Below, in pieces: positions 27,031 to 39,562 of a stretch of 63,688 nt of DNA. Numbering within the stretch: the first letter of the stretch is position 1; the number at the start of each line of letters is the position of its first letter. The DNA comes from Lama glama (lineage: Eukaryota). The notes beneath the pieces are model-generated. The model did no database searches. It was not told where the DNA came from and saw only the letters and a program-made list of their open reading frames with translations. Position numbers and translations under genes: made by a program. The DNA lies in contig CM052816.1 of assembly GCA_028534125.1 (NCBI GenBank), positions 57,662,313 to 57,726,000 on the forward strand, read 5' to 3'.

Positions 27031-27339
27031 TTCAATCCAACTGCTATTTTTCTCTTACTCTAAACTTTAAAACCTACATGCTGGGTAGTCTGTCAAGTAA
27101 TAATGATACTTTAGCTTAGGTCTTAGCTAAACTTCCCTCTCCAAAAGCAAAACACATAACCACAACAAGAACCAAAAATCTACCACCAATAACCCAAACC
27201 TTTGAGGTTACTTTGTTAGAATAAGAGGTTCTGATGCAGTAGAGACTTATCTGGACAACTTAACCTTCAGACAGCAAATTGAAGCTGGGTTGTTCTACCC
27301 TAATATGCAAAAGCTGTCTTCTAAGGTGGCTCAGAACAG

Positions 27340-27482
27340 GAGAACAAAGACCAGATTGGGGGTCAGAACACCTCTGCTCTGTTCTGTCCAACCTCAGCTG
27401 CCTCTGGTCTGTGTGACTTGACAGGTTTCTTCACTTGCTTGGACCTCAGTTTTCTCTGTAAAATGATGATGTTGGACCAAAT
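27340..27482 (+). mobile_element. MIR/MIR3 fragment
   Basis: ctgtgtgacttgacagg...ggacctcagttttctctgtaaaatga...gttggac. Confidence 0.75.
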
Positions 27483-28499
27483 CAGTGATTCTTAAGGTGG
27501 TCTCTGTGTGAGTGTGTATCAGGATTCACCTGGGGCTTGTTTACACTCTACTTCTCCCTCACCCACTACACTAGATGATCTGTGAGACTCTGTTGCTGAC
27601 ATCCTGTGATTCTCTAAAACAGATGGTCACTGTCTTGCTCCATCTTCTTCAGGATTGCCTTGACATTAAATAGAAATGTATGTTTCAAGAACCATGCTTT
27701 TAAGCATAATTTCTATTCAGCTTAGATGCTCTCTAGAAATTAGTTTTGAACATATCAATTGTTACTCTAGAAGTTAGTATTATGGAGTAAGGAATCTGCA
27801 GCCAATCTCATGAGTCTGATCAATGTTCTATAACCATACATAAATCATAAAAGAGCAATTACTGAGATTTATATATATTATAATTCTATATAAATAGAAC
27901 TCTTTGATTTACTTCTGTATCATTGGTATCTTATAGTGAGCATACATTCTTTAATCAAGGAAAACACAGATACTGTTTTTTTTCTACTCACTTAAAAATA
28001 TTTGTAGGTTTAATCTCATAAGTTTTTTGGTTTTGTTTTTACCTTTTTACAATGTGTGCTGTGCTAAGCTTACTTTAGAAGTTAGATCCTTGTCCCTAAG
28101 TTAATAATGAGATAGAAAGGTAAAAGGTTGATAGTGGGGTTTGAAAAACCAGCACTCATAAGTCATGTTAAACCTGCTTTAATCATATGAAAAATCTGTA
28201 ACTTATAGAAACAGCTCTGATTGCCTTGATTTCATTTCTACCTAAATTGCACGAATTTTTTTCTCATCTGTTTATACGGCCAATAAGTAGAACAGCAATG
28301 GACATGGGTCTCCACCTGACAGAAACAGAGAGACAACAGACATTTTGGTGTGCATGCTCAGAAACGGCTAGCTCAATGATGGCTGTTCTCATTGACCGTT
28401 CAAATATCGTACACATACATATAGAACAATGGCATTTAGATAAAAGAATAAAAACATGTCTTCATCAGAAGTTATGTGTGATACATAAGTTCACCAGAA

Positions 28500-28605
28500 A
28501 GTAAGTAGCATGAGGACAGAGACTTCATTTGTTCTCTGCTGTATGCCTAGGGCCTGAAGTGGCACATGGCATAAAATGCACAACAAGTAGTTATTGAATA
28601 GATGA
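28500..28605 (+). mobile_element. L2 3' end
   Basis: gtaag...catgaggacagagact...gttctctgctgtatgcctag...ttattgaatagatga. Confidence 0.75.
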
Positions 28606-29479
28606 CAATAAGTGAGCTTTAGAGTGAAATATGCTATCTTAATGCCAGAGACAGCAGTTACTAAGTTAAAAAGTCAGTCAAAGTTTTTGGTGGTCTGGAT
28701 AATGCCAAACTGCCAGCTTGCCATGTTTATTCCCTACCTGAATTGAGTGGAATTACGGCTCGTTCCACCATTACGTACGTGGGGCTGCTAAATGCATATT
28801 AACCTGCCATCTTGGCAAAGACCCCACCCACATGCTCGTGAGAGACAGATCTTTATCAGATACACAGAAAAGACTGCTGGTTGCATTTTATTTTCCATTT
28901 GGTTTCTGGGCAGATGATGGGTTAGCACATTGTTTTTGGCAAGAGAGAGAGTGATCATTTGTTTTTCTTTGACTAAAAGAGTTGTGAGCCAGGATTTAGC
29001 CTTGTAGGAAATGCTCAGCCCTCTCTGGTTTTTTTATAGGCAGGGCTGTAAATCCAAGTTAAAGGGATGCCGCTTGGGCTGAGTTTACACAAACACGAAG
29101 GAGTGAGTTCAGGGAGGGAAATGAGGCACATTAAAACCCTTTCCTTTATATAGTTAGGCAATAGAGACAGCGAAAATGAACAAATACTGGATCGAGGCAG
29201 TCTTGCACTTATTTGGCAAATTTAAAGTGGTAAATATAAGTATATAAATAAAATAACAACGTTGGGGTCCTAGGTTTCTATTATTAGTGGTAGGAACTGA
29301 AAAACCTCTCTCTGTCCACACTGATAAAGCCTGTCTCTTTAGTACCAAGTCTCAGGGCACACAGAAGCAATTCTGACCCCTTCTCCTCTTTTCCTGTGAT
29401 CCACTATGGCCCTGCTTCAACCTCATCCTGTGATGGCCACTGGTATTACTGGGGGAATGAGATAACCACAGGAGCACCG

Positions 29480-29675
29480 CCACCACACGACATGTATGGA
29501 GGAGTCATTACCACACTGGGGCCTGCTAAGAACTTTACATACGTTATCTCACTTAAGCCACCCATTCTAAGAAGTAGATGCTTTATTCCCCCCTATTTTA
29601 AAGATGAGGAAAGGCAACCACCTTGTTTAACAGATAAGCTAGATCAAGTAAGTGGTTTGCTCAAGGTCACTGAAT
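29480..29675 (-). mobile_element. MIR fragment
   Basis: tgctaagaactttacatacgttatctcactta...ctattttaaagatgaggaaa...tttgctcaaggtcac. Confidence 0.85.
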
Positions 29676-29756
29676 TGATGTTGCTTGTTTTCAGGTTTCT
29701 CATTAAGGAGGAAGCAGCTAATAATTTTTTTTTTTTGGAACTAAGTATCCCTTAAG

Positions 29757-29924
29757 GCATTGTTCCTCACATGTAGTCCAAGAACAAATGGCATGGTATC
29801 ACCTGCTGGGAGTTTATTAAAAAGCAGAATCTCAGGCTGCACCCCAGACCTCTTGCATCAGAATCAGCATTTTAACATGAATCTCCACATGATTCAGGTG
29901 CACACTCAAGTTTGAGCAGCACTG
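29757..29924. mobile_element. MER5A hAT-Charlie element
   Basis: atcacctgctgggag...gcagaatctcaggctgcaccccagacct...catcagaatc...gcattttaaca...aagtttgagcagcactg. Confidence 0.88.
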
Positions 29925-30109
29925 CCATGGGGTTTCCAGTTGTGTATAACTGGTCGAGGACCTCTTCTTCCTGGAAGGACGCTGAGGTACTACTCTCTTC
30001 TCGCACTGTTGCTTTTAAATGTATTTTTTTAAACTGCTGAAAAAGCTGAACACCTCTTGGTGTGATGTTCCCAAAATACTTGTCACTGCCCCTGCTGGGT
30101 CTTCCTTAC

Positions 30110-30240
30110 CCTGAGCCAGTAGCTTGTGGGATAGGCAGAGTCGTAGGCCCCTCCCCAGATTCATTAGAGCCTTGGAAAGCCTAGGAATCCACCCAGGTGA
30201 TTCTAATGTTTGGTTCTGAGAACACACTTGAAAAACAATA
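30110..30240. mobile_element. MER5-family fragment
   Basis: ggcccctccccagattc...cctaggaatc...ccaggtgattctaatg...acacttgaaaaaca. Confidence 0.65.
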
Positions 30241-30519
30241 CCCCAGACCTTTATTCTCAGAGATTATTAGGGTTCATTGGCATGGCGCTAACTTGCTGGC
30301 TGAGACCACAAAAACCATACCTAATGCTGCTTAGAGCTGAATAGGCACTAGACTTGTCCAGTAACACCAGAGGTACTTGACCAGCTTCTTCCTTTGAACA
30401 TTGGAGAAAGGGGATCAGAAACCCTGCCACCTGCCTCTGGGAGAAGGGAGGGGTCCCTGGGTCTCCAGCATCACTGCCAAGGAGCACATGCCAGTACACC
30501 CTCCTCACTCTTCCCAGTT

Positions 30520-30850
30520 AGAAAACTCTGCGGAAAGAATCCTTAGAACTTCCTTTGCACTGGGGACTCACCGTTCTCTCTCAGAACAGAAATCAAGAAG
30601 GGGCTATTGTTGGAGGGGTGGGGAAAGGAAGCAGGGCCGGAAGAGAGTGAGGGAGAGGACCGGAATAGCCTCTGGTTTGCTTCAGCCGGGACAAAATGCC
30701 TCTCCCTGGATGGAGATGCTGGCTTCTTCCCCTTGATTGAGGCACTCTGGCCTTCTTCCACAGGAAGTGCAGGGAGAGAAAGAACTTGGAGTTTTCAAAG
30801 CTGTTTTACGGAATGCCCGCCACTACTTGCTTCTTGCTGTTTTTCTAATT
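30520..30850. promoter_or_regulatory. Candidate enhancer (ETS/TEAD-like motifs)
   Basis: Locally GC/CpG-richer unique sequence with CCGGAAG, ACAGGAAGTG and GGAATG motifs. Inference only. Confidence 0.25.
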
Positions 30851-32039
30851 TGGACAGTTTTCTTCCCTACAGCACAGTAGAGATCCCTTCCCTTCCTTCC
30901 ACCCCATTAGCTTTTTCACTTAAAAAAAATGTACAAAGAGAGATCTTCCAGCATTATCCTAAAAAATGTATGTACTGAGCACTTTTAAGGTACTAAGGAG
31001 CACCATACCTAATCCATCAAGATGGGGTTCCTGAATTACTAGAGCTTGAACTCTCAGGGTGAGGGACATGCAGAAAGCTCTGCAAGGCTGCTCCTAGGTA
31101 TACCCAGAATCCTGCCTTTTACCAGATCTTCTTAGAGAGTTGGGCAAGGAGGGACTATTCCAAGCATGGTCTTTCTTTACACTCAGGAAATACCTAGTAT
31201 ATAATACAGCAAGCAAGTCAGGGTCTCCTCCAACATCATCCACAGCCCTCCAGCCCTCCAGCCCTCCTGTACCCATCACATCTCAGCACAATCCCTCATC
31301 TCTGGCCCTGTCAAGGTCCCTAGGAATAGAGAGTTCTTATCTCCTAGCTGTAGCCTGGGCCCGGTTCTGAATGGGGATGTTAAAGGAGTGGAAAGCCCAG
31401 TTTTTGGGAAAGAAGGTGCAGCCCAATACTACATCATTTTGAAGAAGACAATCCCATTTTAAACCTCTAAATGCTCAGACAGACCACTCTATACACTGGC
31501 TCGTTTGTGCTCCTTCTGAGCCTCATAGAAGAGGAATTTCGCCATCATATGTTTAAGACTTGCAATTGGGAGGGACCTTGAGCAAATCCTATCCCAGAAG
31601 GATTAGCACATAAAGTGCCAAATTTATTTGCTCTTCAACCAATATGGATTTTGGGGGAGGAAGAGTTGGTTTACCTAATAAAATACTATTTCTTCTAGAT
31701 AATGGCAAGTGTGCCTTACACACCTATGTATAAACACACATCATGTGCACACACACCTACACAGAGACTATCCAAATTCATTAGCTTTTGTGGAAGGAGA
31801 CCATGGATTAGCCCCAAATTGTTCATCTGACTCAAGAATATAGTATCTGATTCTCAGACCCCTTATACCTCCAAATGGATTTACTATCATAATATTTTTC
31901 TTAGTGATGATAAAGAAAGAGTTTGAATTGAAGGTGAGAAAAGACAAGTGTTATTGCAAGAAATTCACAGAGTCCTCTATTCACTTATTGCATGTTTTGA
32001 GAATGTGAGTAATGCAGGAGAGAAGGCTAAACTTGGAAT

Positions 32040-32965
32040 CAGAGAATAGAGGCTTGAGTTGCTCATTGACACATGAACAGATGGTAGGTCAGTGAACCCA
32101 AAAGCATTTGGAAGTTCAGTATGTAACAAAAATAGCATTGCATATCAGAGGGGAAATTTGGATTATATAATTAATGATGTTGGGACAATTAGGTAGCTAT
32201 TTGGGAAGAACAAATTTATATCTCTATTTCTTAAGGAAAATAAATTCCAGATAGATCAAAGATTTAAAATGTTAAAAAATAAAAGCATAAAAATACTAGG
32301 AAGAATGGGAAATCTATTTTTTTGAATCTCAAAGTAGGAAAAGTCTTTCTAGGTGTATCCAATAGCCTTAACATTTATTATACATTTCATTGCATTAAAA
32401 TAAAAAGCTTCTACAAGGCCCAACTCAATAAACAAGGTCAAAAGGCAAACAGAAAAATGGGGGGAAACCTTTTTAACATGTATCAAAAGAACTTAATATG
32501 ACCAGAAAATGGGCAAATGACATGAAATATACATTTCACATAAAATGAAATATAGGTGGTTCTTAAACATGTAAAAAATAGAAGTTACTCATTCTACTTC
32601 ATAATAAGAAAATGCAAATTAAAATTATGAAATAGCATTTTTTACCTGCTTGATGAAACATTTGATAGCATATTTGTTTCTGGGGATCTGGAGAGTACTG
32701 TCATACATTGCCAGTGGAATAATGAATTAGTAAAACTTTACTATAGAGAGTAATTTGAGAGTCTATCAAAATGTAAAAGTGACTCCTCTTGGAATTTATC
32801 CTACAGGTATACTTATAAGATGTAACAAGACATACCTACAATGCAAGATAAGGGAAAAAAGAGATTAGGTATAGTATAATTGTCCATCAATAAAGGATTG
32901 GTTACATTAAGTACAGCACATCTATACAATGAAACATTATGCAGCCCTAAAAATAGGATGAAGAA
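32040..32965 (+). mobile_element. Old L1 (L1ME-like) ORF2 3' region, left part
   Basis: aaataaattccagatagatcaaagatttaaa, gaaatgcaaattaaaa, ggaatttatccta, tgtccatcaata...tatgcagcc. Confidence 0.8.
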
Positions 32966-32969
32966 ATAG

Positions 32970-34315
32970 AATACAGTCCAAAAATGAACTCTAGGTATAT
33001 GCTCAACTGATTTTGACAAAGGTGCAAAGGTAATGCAATGAGGGAAGAAAAGTCTTTGAAACAAATGGCACTGGAACAACTGCATGTCTGTATGCAAAAG
33101 AAAAAATAAACTTAGGATCTTACTTCACACCATACACAAAAATTAACTTGGAGTATATCTTAGACCTAATGGTAGAAGTTAGAATGATAAAATTTCTAAA
33201 AGGAAACATGGGGGGAAAAATCTTTTTAACCTTGAGTTATACAATGATTGATTTCTTAGTTATAACAACAAATGAATAAACAAATGAAAAAAAGGTAAAA
33301 TAGACTTCATCAAAATTAAAAACGTTTGTTCTTCAAAAACAGGGACACCGTTATAAAAACAAAAAGACATGCCATATACTAGGAGAAAACATTTGTAAAA
33401 CCTATCTGATCAAGGACTTGTTTCCAGAATATATAAAGAACACTCAATAGCTCAATAACAAGACTGATAACTTGCTTAAAAACTGAGCAAAAGGTTTGAA
33501 TAGATAATTAACTGAAAAAGATATACAAATGGCAAATGTGCATGTGAAAAGATGCAATATCAATACATTAGGAAAATGCAAACTAAAACCATGATAAAAT
33601 ACCACTACACATTCAGTTTTTACTAGACATTTTTGTCTAAAACCAAAAAGTTGGTGAAGATGTAGAGAAATTAGAGCTCTAATGTATTGCTGGTGGGGAT
33701 GTAAAAGGGTACAGTCACTTTGGAAAACAGTTTGGCAGTTTCATAAATAGTTAAATATATAATTACCGTGCAACCCAGCAATTCTACTTCTGGGAAACTA
33801 CCCCCAAAATGAAATCATATGTCCACAGATATTCACAGCAGCATTATTCCTAACAGCCCCAAACTGGAAGTAATTCAGAGGTCCATCAACTAGCAAGTGG
33901 AAAAACAAAAGGTGGTATATCTATGCAATGGAATACTACTTAGCAGTAAAAGCTTCTACTGTTACATGCGACAGTGTGAACAAATCTCAAAAACATCATG
34001 CTAAGTGAAAGAAGCCAGACACAACACTATTTAAGGAGCCAGATATACAATAAATACTGAATGATTTCATTTATATGAAATTTGGAAAGCACAAAACAAT
34101 ACAGACAGGTAGGTTAATGGTTGCCTGGGGCTGGAGGTAGAAGCTGGGAGTGACTGCAGATAAGGGAACTTTTGAGGGGAGATGAAATTATTCTAAAATT
34201 GGATTTTGGTAATGATTGCACAACTGTGTAAGTTTTCTTCAACTCATCACACACTTAAAAATGTATGAATTTTATATTGTGTAAATTATACCTTAGTAAA
34301 GCTGTTAAAAAATTG
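32970..34315 (+). mobile_element. Younger L1 (L1MB/MC-like), 5'-truncated, nested in an older L1
   Basis: caactgattttgacaaaggtgcaaag, cacaccatacacaaaaattaac, gacttcatcaaaattaaaaac, atgctaagtgaaagaagccagac, 3' end tgtaaattataccttagtaaagctgttaaaaaa. Confidence 0.9.
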
Positions 34316-34610
34316 AAAAGAATGAATGAGGCAGCTCTACATGTTCTGATAATGGAGAAATCTCCAACCTGTATAATTAGCTTTAAAAAAAAAAAAAGGC
34401 AAGATTTTGCCAGGGTATTGAATGCTATTATTTTGTGTTAAAAAAAAAAAAAGAAAGCATGTTTTTGACATGCATAGACTATCTCTGGATGGATACAGTA
34501 GATCTGCTAATAGAACTTACCTTTGGGCAGGGGAGTGGGATGGCTGGAGTGGGGGGAACAAAGGTGTAAGGAAAAAATTTTCACTGTATATCCTTTTGTA
34601 CTCAATCAAA
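34316..34610 (+). mobile_element. Old L1 (L1ME-like) 3' UTR, right part
   Basis: aaagaatgaatgaggcagctctacatgttctgat resumes the L1 interrupted at ~32965; ends tttcactgtatatccttttgtac. Confidence 0.7.
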
Positions 34611-34659
34611 ACAGATTAATGAGAGAAGGAGAGAGGGAGAGGGAAATGGAGAGAGAGAG

Positions 34660-34790
34660 AGGAGTTTTGAATGCCACATCAGCTCTGTGATCGTTGGCAA
34701 CTGTCTGAGCCTTGATTTCCTTATCTGTTAAATGAAGGGATTGGAACAATTGACCTCTAAGGATGCTTCTGATATTAAGTTCCATGCTCT
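34660..34790 (+). mobile_element. MIR3-like fragment
   Basis: ctgagccttgatttccttatctgttaaatgaagggattggaac...gacctctaagg. Confidence 0.75.
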
Positions 34791-35023
34791 GATAATTTCT
34801 TTAAGGATGATCATTTCACACCTGTCTACATTCCTCTTGTCCTTTCCTTGCCAGCATATCACCCAATGACAAATAAAAAGCCACAACCAATGGCTTTGTT
34901 CCTTCTCACTCAGTTGCCTCTCAATGTATAGGGTCCCTATTCTCTTGGCAGTATGTAAAATATGGATGTCAACCAGGGTGAGAAGACAGCTCAGAAAGCC
35001 AAGTGTGAGAGGGGAGTGGCAAG

Positions 35024-35250
35024 GCAATATATAGAAATGGTCACAATCCGCGTCCTGGGGGCAGCTGCTTGAGATCAAGTCCCTACCCTCTCGCTTGCCA
35101 GTGGTCTGATTGTGGGTTTAATTTCTTCATCTGCATCACAAGTATAAAATGGCACCATCCTTTTAGAGTTTGTTGTGAGGGTTGAGTGACAGTTCATGTG
35201 ATTGCTTAGCACAGTTCCTGCCTAATAGTAATATTCAATAAATATTAGCC
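35024..35250 (+). mobile_element. MIR SINE
   Basis: tttcttcatctg...ttgttgtgagggttgagtga...gcttagcacagttcctg...tcaataaatattagc. Confidence 0.85.
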
Positions 35251-36189
35251 CTTTTATATATTAATCTGAACTCCCCTGCTCATGGGACCTGGAGCTTTCT
35301 TGGGAGAAGGTGAAAAGAGGCATCTAATTTATCAAGCTATGTACTCAGCAGCAGCATAAACTGGGAGTCCTGGGGTGATACAATAGCCTTTTTTTTTTTC
35401 TGTCCAACATAAGGAGAGAGACTGGAGTAATTTCTGTTGCCCCCAAGCCAGTATCATTGAGGGAAACTTCTTCCAGAATTCTATCCCCTGGAGTCAATTA
35501 TATCCTGAAAATATTATGAATGCAGGCTGTAAAATTGCAAGACTGTGACATTATGCTGGGGGTTGAGCCAGTTAAGTTAAACAGCAAGTTTCAATTTGCA
35601 TGATAAATGTGCCTTAAATTACATTTGGACCAAAATATCATTAAATATTAATATTAGGGCGATTGTATAACTTCCTCTCCATGGTAGTCATTCAATAAAT
35701 ATGGGTTGCAGCTTCAAACCAAACCAAACTAAACCAAAAATCTTCCATCCCCATGATGTACATAAGCCCATGTGTCCCAGCTTCAGTCTCAGCAAGGGAT
35801 ATACGTAAACTCAGCCAACCTGTGGGTCCCTGTAACTTCAGGTGTCTCATGCCTAGCTAACCATAGTTAGCAGCTGTCCCCCCAAAACAATAAAAAATAT
35901 TTGACAGCTTTTAAGTGAATTAAATTTCCCCTGGGTGTGTAAGGTGATAGCGAACTCCATTTGCATACACTCACTGCCTTGTACATTATCAGATCACATT
36001 CTAGAACTAGATTCCAGAAGGCATGGTTTAGCTTAGTGGGTTACCCTGCCTCCTAATTCTTTCATGTGTGTCGTTTCTTCCTAACTACATTGGAACCATA
36101 TTTGTCAGAGACTGTGTTTTTAACTATTTTTGTACTCTCAAGGACAAGAGCCCTCCAAATTCTTGTTGGTCTCACATTAATTCTCTCTG

Positions 36190-36281
36190 AGATTCTTTGA
36201 AAAAGCTCTTAGTATCTCCAATTTAGACATGAGGAAACTGAGACTCAGAGAAGATAAATGATTCACTGACGTCATACAGCT
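36190..36281 (-). mobile_element. MIR core fragment
   Basis: atctccaatttagacatgaggaaactgagactcagagaagataaatga...gtcatacagct. Confidence 0.85.
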
Positions 36282-36774
36282 CTGTGAATCTCTGGGGTCT
36301 GTGGAGTTATTGCAAGGAGTCAAGGGGTCTATATTTAAAAGTCAAGTGCCTACTGTTTGCACACTGACTAAATAATGTTTGAAAGTATATGTAACCTCTG
36401 CTTTCAAATCTAGTTATATTGTAGTAATTAAAAATATAAAAATTAATTTAAAATGTTACTGAATTCAAAAGAGTTTTTGGTTATTTTGTATTTTTTTAAC
36501 TTGCTGAGGATTTACAAAATGGGTGCATTTGTTTGTTTATCTGAAATTTACAAAGGGAGTCATACTGAGAAACCTGGGAACTACTGTCTGTAAAACAAAG
36601 CTGAGGTTCACAAATAAATTACAGGGAGGTACTCTGAATAATCTAGGTCTTCTGGTGGCAAAGAGATTTTCGACTACAAACTGCTACCTGTAGTATCTTT
36701 GATAGAAGTGTTGGAAACATCTGGAAGTAGTCATCATTATTATCTAATTTCTTCCTTCATCTAGCAGCTATCTC

Positions 36775-36960
36775 CTCAGACTCCTGGTTCTTTTCTTTCT
36801 TACCTGTATGACCTTGGGTAATTTGCTTAACCTATTTGTGTCCTAGTTTCCTCATTGACAAAATAGGGAAAAGAGTAGTACCTGCCTTGTAGGATGCTGT
36901 GATGGTCATGTGATGCCTTAACACTCATTGCATAGGAAATCCTCAGCAAATGTGTTTGTT
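36775..36960 (+). mobile_element. MIR SINE
   Basis: ctgtatgaccttgggtaatttgcttaacct...tagtttcctcatt...agtacctgccttgtaggatgctgtga. Confidence 0.85.
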
Positions 36961-38447
36961 GTGTTAGGCACCACTCACTACTGTTTTTGACACATAGTTG
37001 GAACTTGATAGACATTTTGGGGATGAATAAGTGAAAATGTAGAAAAGGAAGAAAGGGCAATTCTAGATATGTAATTCCTCATCTACATTTCCTTAGGCAT
37101 AAGCAGGCAGTTAGAACAGTGGCTTTTATGCAAATACTGTGTTTGGGAGTATTAGCTTCAGTGAGCTCAAGCAGAGAGACGATGATGTTCCTATAGCTTC
37201 TCGTCCAGTAGCTTTTACAAACCTATCAGCTTTATGCATTAGATTCATCAAAGTGTGCATTTAAGGGATCAGGCAGGAAAAATTTGGGCTTGGAGCTGAT
37301 GTCAAGTACAGGCTTTATTCCTCATTAAAAAACTCTAAGAGGAAACAAGACCAGTAGACCATCTGATAGGAGGAGAGAAGCAATGCTTTCTTGCTACAAA
37401 CCAAACTGCTGAGGACCACAGATATGAGAGGGTCAAAGGAAGTTAGCATGACCTTTCATAGCAGGCTCAGTGTTTATGTAGCTTAAAATGTCACTTCCAG
37501 ATCATCCCATGGATAGTTGGATAGTTAATTAGCTTTATTCCATAAACAACCTTTGAACTGGATAGAAACCGTCTTTTGTTTTTCTTTTTTCCAGTGTTTG
37601 CAAAGTGAGTTGTTGAAGGTAGGAGAAAAGAACCCATTGCTAGACTTTAAAAGATGGGCTGTCTTGAGTTTCACTGCTGACTGACAGTTGTTTCTAACAA
37701 AGGTCTCAGGCAGAAGGGCCAATGAAGAGATAATCAGTTTCTCCAAGTTGGTTTCTTTTCCCAATACCAGGCAGTAGGAATCCAAGCACCTACTGCTCCT
37801 TGGCTGTTCCATGTGGGCAAGGCTCTATGCTGGTGCTGTGGACACTAAAGTGAATAAAACGCTGTTCAAGCCTTCCAGAAGTTTCCAATAAACTAATAGT
37901 TATACTGAGTGAAGATGAATATGATTCCCTGTCACCTCCAGCTGTTAGCCTTGTTTCTACTCACTGGGACCACACAAGAGAAATCCAGTCCTTCTAGGTA
38001 TCAGCTCTTTAAAGTATTGAAGCATAAGCTGTGAAGTCCCCAGACCTCCAACACACCTCCTTCTTAACATGCCAGTTCCATCAGCCATCTCAGTAAGGGG
38101 TTGTTTCACATCTCCTCACCAGCAGGGTGCACCCCTCTGTGTACACTCCATAAGATTGGACCCAGAATGCCCCATCCCTTCCATCCCAATGGTTTGGCCA
38201 GTGCACAGTGGAGCTGGGCTTTCTGAGGCCCATTTTCAGGGCTGCAGCAATTGCTGGGATTTTCCCTCAAATAGTCTAGATGAAAAAGCCTGGAGTAAAA
38301 AACTAGGAACTTGAAATAGGAATTACTGATTTGCCTTATAATTTTTCTAGATCCCCAGCCCTAATGTTGTTTCAGATCTTCCTCCTTCCTCTTCACAACC
38401 GTGAGAATATCTTCTTACCAGTGTTCTTAGGATGCCCAAATTCTAGT

Positions 38448-38672
38448 ATAGTTACTATTTATTGAGTGTTTGGGGTGGTGGGGGGTCAGGTGCTTTATAT
38501 GTCTTATTTTATGAAATCTCATGATAACTCTGTGAGGTAATTTTTTTTCATTGACATTTTCTGTATAAGGACTCTGAGGCTCAGAGATTAAGTAACTTGC
38601 CACAGTTGGTAAGTGAAAGACCTAGAACTCAAACCCAGGCTGCCTATAACTTTCAAATTTGTGCTCCTTCTA
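38448..38672 (-). mobile_element. MIR SINE
   Basis: atttattgagtg...tgtgaggta...ctgaggctcagagattaagtaacttgcc...gaactcaaacccagg. Confidence 0.9.
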
Positions 38673-39302
38673 TGTCGCTCAGCTCTCTATGATATAACAC
38701 ATTGGAACATTCTGAGTTCTTTATCTGGCCATACCAGGTGCTCAGTAAATGCTGGTTTCCCTTTCTGTTATCACCTTCCTCTTCCTGCAACCAGTGCAAC
38801 CTAAGAATGAGGAAGAAGGTTGTGAGTTTCCAAAAGTATGTGCCAGACCCTTGAGGTGGCTGTGCAACATGAATTCCCACATGATGTGCCGTTAGCCATC
38901 CAAGCTCCTTCCGTGGGGCTGTGGACCAGCTCTAAAGGGCCCTTGTTAACATCTGCTAAGCCAACTAGTTTTCTATCAAGGGAAGTCTAGAGATTCTTTC
39001 CAACCAATCCTCACCCCTTATAACTTCTTTCTCTTTCTTCAAATAATTCTATTTTCTCCCCAAACTCCAATTAAATTCAGTGTCTCTTGAGAGCTCCCAA
39101 TACCTCAAACCTAGTCCTGCCTCCTTTGGACCTTCGGGTCCATAGGTCACGGCAAGATGTAGACAGCAAGTACCATCTCAGAAGGAGGAAGGAAGTCTCA
39201 GGGTGGGCTTCTCTTTGGCTCCTTCTACCCTCACTGGGGTCCTTTAGGCCTCTTTGAGAGCTCTCTGTTGTAGCACCTTCAGCAACTAACATACTGAAGT
39301 TT

Positions 39303-39430
39303 GGTAGTTCTCAACTAGGGGCAGCACAGCCCCCCTGGAGGCATTTGGAAACAGGGATGGTGCCTTTTGATTATCACAATGACCAGGGAGCACTCTTGGC
39401 ATCTAGTAGTTGAGGATGGGCAGTGAACTC
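39303..39430. mobile_element. MER20-like hAT-Charlie fragment
   Basis: gtagttctcaactagggg...ccccctggaggcatttggaaa...ttttgattatcacaatgac...ggcatctagtag. Confidence 0.75.
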
Positions 39431-39459
39431 ACACAAAATAACAACAGCATGTGCTCTGC

Positions 39460-39562
39460 TTGAGAAAGTCAGGACCATGACTGTTTTCTCACCATGTGCA
39501 TCCATGCCCAGCACAATACCTGTCCCTCCACAGATGCTTAATACAAATCTTCTAAATGAATG
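39460..39562 (+). mobile_element. L2 3' end
   Basis: ttgagaaagtcaggaccatg...tcaccatgtgcatccatgcccagcacaatacctg...taaatgaatg. Confidence 0.7.
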
